DNA of 64,000 nucleotides from an uncultured Thermoanaerobaculia bacterium (GTDB lineage Bacteria; Acidobacteriota; Thermoanaerobaculia; Thermoanaerobaculales; Sulfomarinibacteraceae): NCBI GenBank assembly GCA_964552395.1, contig CAZKGM010000008.1, positions 24,063 to 88,062 of the forward strand, read 5' to 3'. Shown piece by piece: positions 61,809 to 64,000 of this stretch (position 1 is its first letter; each line of letters starts with the position of its first letter). The notes under the pieces were generated by a model. It saw only the letters and a program-made list of their open reading frames with translations, ran no database searches and was not told where the DNA came from. The position numbers and the translations under genes were made by a program.

Positions 61809-62551
61809 TCCTCAGCGACATCCACGCCAACTACGAGGCGCTGACGGCCGTGCTTCACCACGCGCGGCGGAAGCGGTTTTCCAGGGTCCTGTTTCTCGGG
61901 GACGCGGTCGGTTATGGGGCCTCACCGAACCAGGTGATGGAGTGGCTGACGTCGCTCGGGTCCCAGGTGGTGGTCGTGAGAGGGAACCATGACCGGGTGT
62001 GTGCCGGCCTCGACAGCGCGGAGTACTTCAACCGCTACGCCCGGCAAGCTGCCGACTGGACCCACGACCACCTGGAGGCCCGGCACCTCGAGCGCCTGCG
62101 GGCGCTGCCGGCCGGACCGACGAGGATCGAGCCGAACCTGCTCATCTGCCACGGCTCCCCCGTGGACGAGGATGCCTATGTCTTCTCGGCTCACGACGCA
62201 CTGGCCGCGTTTGCGGAGGTGACGGAGAGCGTGATCCTGTTTGGGCACACCCACGTGCCGTCGGCGTTCATTGCGGCGGCCGGCGGTGGGGGGCGCATGG
62301 TGCAGGTCCGCCTTCTCTCCGGCAAGCGAACGGTTCTCGACCTCAACGGCGACAGTCGGTACCTGGTCAACCCCGGCTCGGTCGGACAGCCGCGTGATCG
62401 CGACCCGCGGGCGGCCTATGCTATCTACGACCACGGCATCCGTCGCCTGTACCAGTACCGGGTGCCATACCGCATCGACCTGGCCCGGCGCAAGATCCGC
62501 CAGGCAGGCCTGCCTCCGGTACTCGGTGACCGGCTGCTGTACGGCGCATGA
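61796..62551 (+). CDS. Metallophosphoesterase (YfcE/MJ0936-like)
   Basis: Motifs appear in order: LSDIHAN, GDAVGYG, RGNHD, GHTH. The GTG start overlaps the aroK end by 13 nt. Confidence 0.8.
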   Translation: MRYLILSDIHANYEALTAVLHHARRKRFSRVLFLGDAVGYGASPNQVMEWLTSLGSQVVVVRGNHDRVCAGLDSAEYFNRYARQAADWTHDHLEARHLERLRALPAGPTRIEPNLLICHGSPVDEDAYVFSAHDALAAFAEVTESVILFGHTHVPSAFIAAAGGGGRMVQVRLLSGKRTVLDLNGDSRYLVNPGSVGQPRDRDPRAAYAIYDHGIRRLYQYRVPYRIDLARRKIRQAGLPPVLGDRLLYGA

Positions 62552-62565
62552 AGGGAAGGCGGACA

Positions 62566-64000
62566 ATGCGGCTGAGACCTGCTGCTGCGCTAGGCCTGAT
62601 CCTACTCGTTACGCTGGCGATCGCGGCACAGGAGCGATCGAGCGGCTCCGTGGAGCTGGAGGCGCGGCTTCTCCAGGCAGTGGACGAGGGCGCTCTGCCG
62701 GCCTCCATCCGCGGCGGGTTGTACGACTTTCCTGATCCGGCAGTCAGGGCGCTGGCCGTCCGCGTCATCGCGGTGGCCGCCAACCCGGGCTCCGACGTGC
62801 TCCTCGCCCGCTTCTTCCAGGATCGCGACGCCTGGGTGCGATCGCAGGTGATGCTGGCGGCCGCACGCGAGGGTGTCGATGCGAGTTGGCTCATCGGCCG
62901 GGGGTTGAGTGCGCCGTCCGTGCCCGTACGGCAGGCTGCGGTGTGGGCCGCTGCTCAGCATGCCGGCGACCTCGCGGCGCCTCTCCTGGCCCAGCTGCGG
63001 AAGGAAAAGGATCCGGCGGTCCTGGAAACGGGCCTCGCCAACCTCTGGCGCCTTGCGGCCGGTACCTGGGAGGGCCTGGCCGCACAGCATGCGGCCGACG
63101 CGGACCCCCTGCTTCGGCGCGCCGCCGCGTACTCGTTGGCGCGCAGCGGGGCAGCCTCCGCACGACCGGCCTTGCGCCGGTTGGTGAGCGATTCCGAGCC
63201 GGTGATCAGGGCGACCGCCGCGCGCGGCTTCGCCCGCGGCGATCTGCAGGCGGCTGACGCGGCGGTGCTCGCAACCGCGCTTCGAGACGCCGACTGGCGC
63301 GTGCGGGCAGCGGCATGCGAGGCGCTGGCTGCTCACCCGGAGGTCCGGGTCGGACCCGACGTGGCGGCGGCGATGACGGCGGCGCTGGACGATGCGGCAC
63401 CGCACCTGATGGTGAGCGCTATTCACGCCGTGGCGGCCCATCCGGAGGCGGCGGCGGCGGCGCGTCTGACCACGATCGTGGACGGCGCCGATCCCTGGGC
63501 AGCGGGGGAGGCTCTGAACGCGCTCGTCAGGCGCAACGAGACCGGGGCTGGCGCACGGGCCCTGGTGTGGCTCGCCTCGAGCCAACTTTGGCAGCGCCGG
63601 GCCGGCGCGCGGGCCGAGCCGTTCTTGACCGGCAAGGCCGCGGTCGAGGGGCGACGTTTGATTCTCGCTGCCGAGCCGCCGGTCATTCTCGCGTGGCTGG
63701 AGGAGGCCGCGGGGGCCGATCGCCTGCCGCCGGCTGATGTCCTGCGCCCTCTGCTCGGACACGCCGACGCCGCGGTGCGTGCTGAGGCGCTCGACCTTCT
63801 GGGTCAACAACACGCAGCGCCGGACCGGCAACGCTTGCTGGAGCTGGCTGCTGCCTGGCGGCAGGACACGATCGGGGATGCGCGCGCGACGGCCCTGCGG
63901 CTTGCCTTTGAGGCGGCGTCCGACGAGACAGGGCGGCGCGAGGCGCTGGAGGCGGCCCTGGCCGAATCGGACTGGGCCGTGTCGGCGCCGGTCGTGGCGG
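62566..64000 (+). CDS. Secreted HEAT/ARM-like repeat protein, partial (runs off right edge)
   Basis: My own translation from ATG 62566 is open to nt 64000; it is absent from the ORF track because no stop falls in the window. The signal peptide is MRLRPAAALGLILLVTLAIAAQ. Recurrent D..VR..AA.AL helical repeats are present (PDPAVRALAVRVIA, DRDAWVRSQVMLAAA, DPLLRRAAAYSLA, SEPVIRATAARGFA, DADWRVRAAACEALA, ADAAVRAEALDLLG). Confidence 0.65.
   Translation, partial: MRLRPAAALGLILLVTLAIAAQERSSGSVELEARLLQAVDEGALPASIRGGLYDFPDPAVRALAVRVIAVAANPGSDVLLARFFQDRDAWVRSQVMLAAAREGVDASWLIGRGLSAPSVPVRQAAVWAAAQHAGDLAAPLLAQLRKEKDPAVLETGLANLWRLAAGTWEGLAAQHAADADPLLRRAAAYSLARSGAASARPALRRLVSDSEPVIRATAARGFARGDLQAADAAVLATALRDADWRVRAAACEALAAHPEVRVGPDVAAAMTAALDDAAPHLMVSAIHAVAAHPEAAAAARLTTIVDGADPWAAGEALNALVRRNETGAGARALVWLASSQLWQRRAGARAEPFLTGKAAVEGRRLILAAEPPVILAWLEEAAGADRLPPADVLRPLLGHADAAVRAEALDLLGQQHAAPDRQRLLELAAAWRQDTIGDARATALRLAFEAASDETGRREALEAALAESDWAVSAPVVA

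Noticed and set aside
1-64000. Scan for tRNA T-arm signatures (GGTTCGAnTCC), rRNA, CRISPR repeat-spacer periodicity, and transposase, integrase or phage genes.
   Set aside because: None was recognised by eye on either strand. The only long repeats are the coding TP array and short inverted repeats. A tRNAscan/Infernal run would be needed to exclude small RNAs rigorously.

Overview
High-GC bacterial chromosomal segment. Single 60-nt lines I counted range from about 55% G+C in one islet to about 77% in ordinary genes. About 53 protein-coding genes are tightly packed, and many have 1-13 nt start/stop overlaps. I found no rRNA, tRNA, CRISPR array, transposase or integrase. The phylum cannot be determined from the sequence alone; the gene content looks Acidobacteria-like or deltaproteobacteria-like, which is inference only.

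Gene content from left to right:
1. Three GT-C type membrane glycosyltransferase-like genes. One is cut by the left window edge and one is fused to NHL repeats.
2. A type IV pilus minor-pilin operon (GspH/FimT-like, PilV, PilW, PilX, PilY1). A 693-aa secreted vWA/PA14 protein ending in a 165-aa Thr-Pro tail sits between pilX and pilY1. Two unknown exported proteins follow pilY1.
3. An M3 oligoendopeptidase and an M16 peptidase, divergently arranged.
4. A lower-GC islet with an orphan 109-aa ORF.
5. A minus-strand unit of Ser/Thr kinase, MBL hydrolase and Ser/Thr kinase-TPR.
6. A MoxR-DUF58-vWA-vWA/TPR-BatD (Bat-type) operon ending in a GAF-GGDEF cyclase.
7. htrA, followed by a textbook terminator, then mnmA.
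8. About 1 kb of hairpin-dense sequence with no coding periodicity, lying between the 3' ends of two convergent genes. This is my top candidate for something undescribed.
9. A DUF3467 gene, a TPR protein, cysE/epsC, lolA-like, tgt-yajC-secD-secF (SecF carries a ComEA-like insert), relA/spoT and rpmB.
10. pilMNOPQ extended by two lipoproteins (one with IPT/TIG repeats), a TPR protein and a Roadblock/LC7 protein. accB-accC, aroK, a metallophosphoesterase and a HEAT-repeat protein running off the right edge follow.

All functional calls rest on motifs I could read in the translations and on gene order. No database search was possible.
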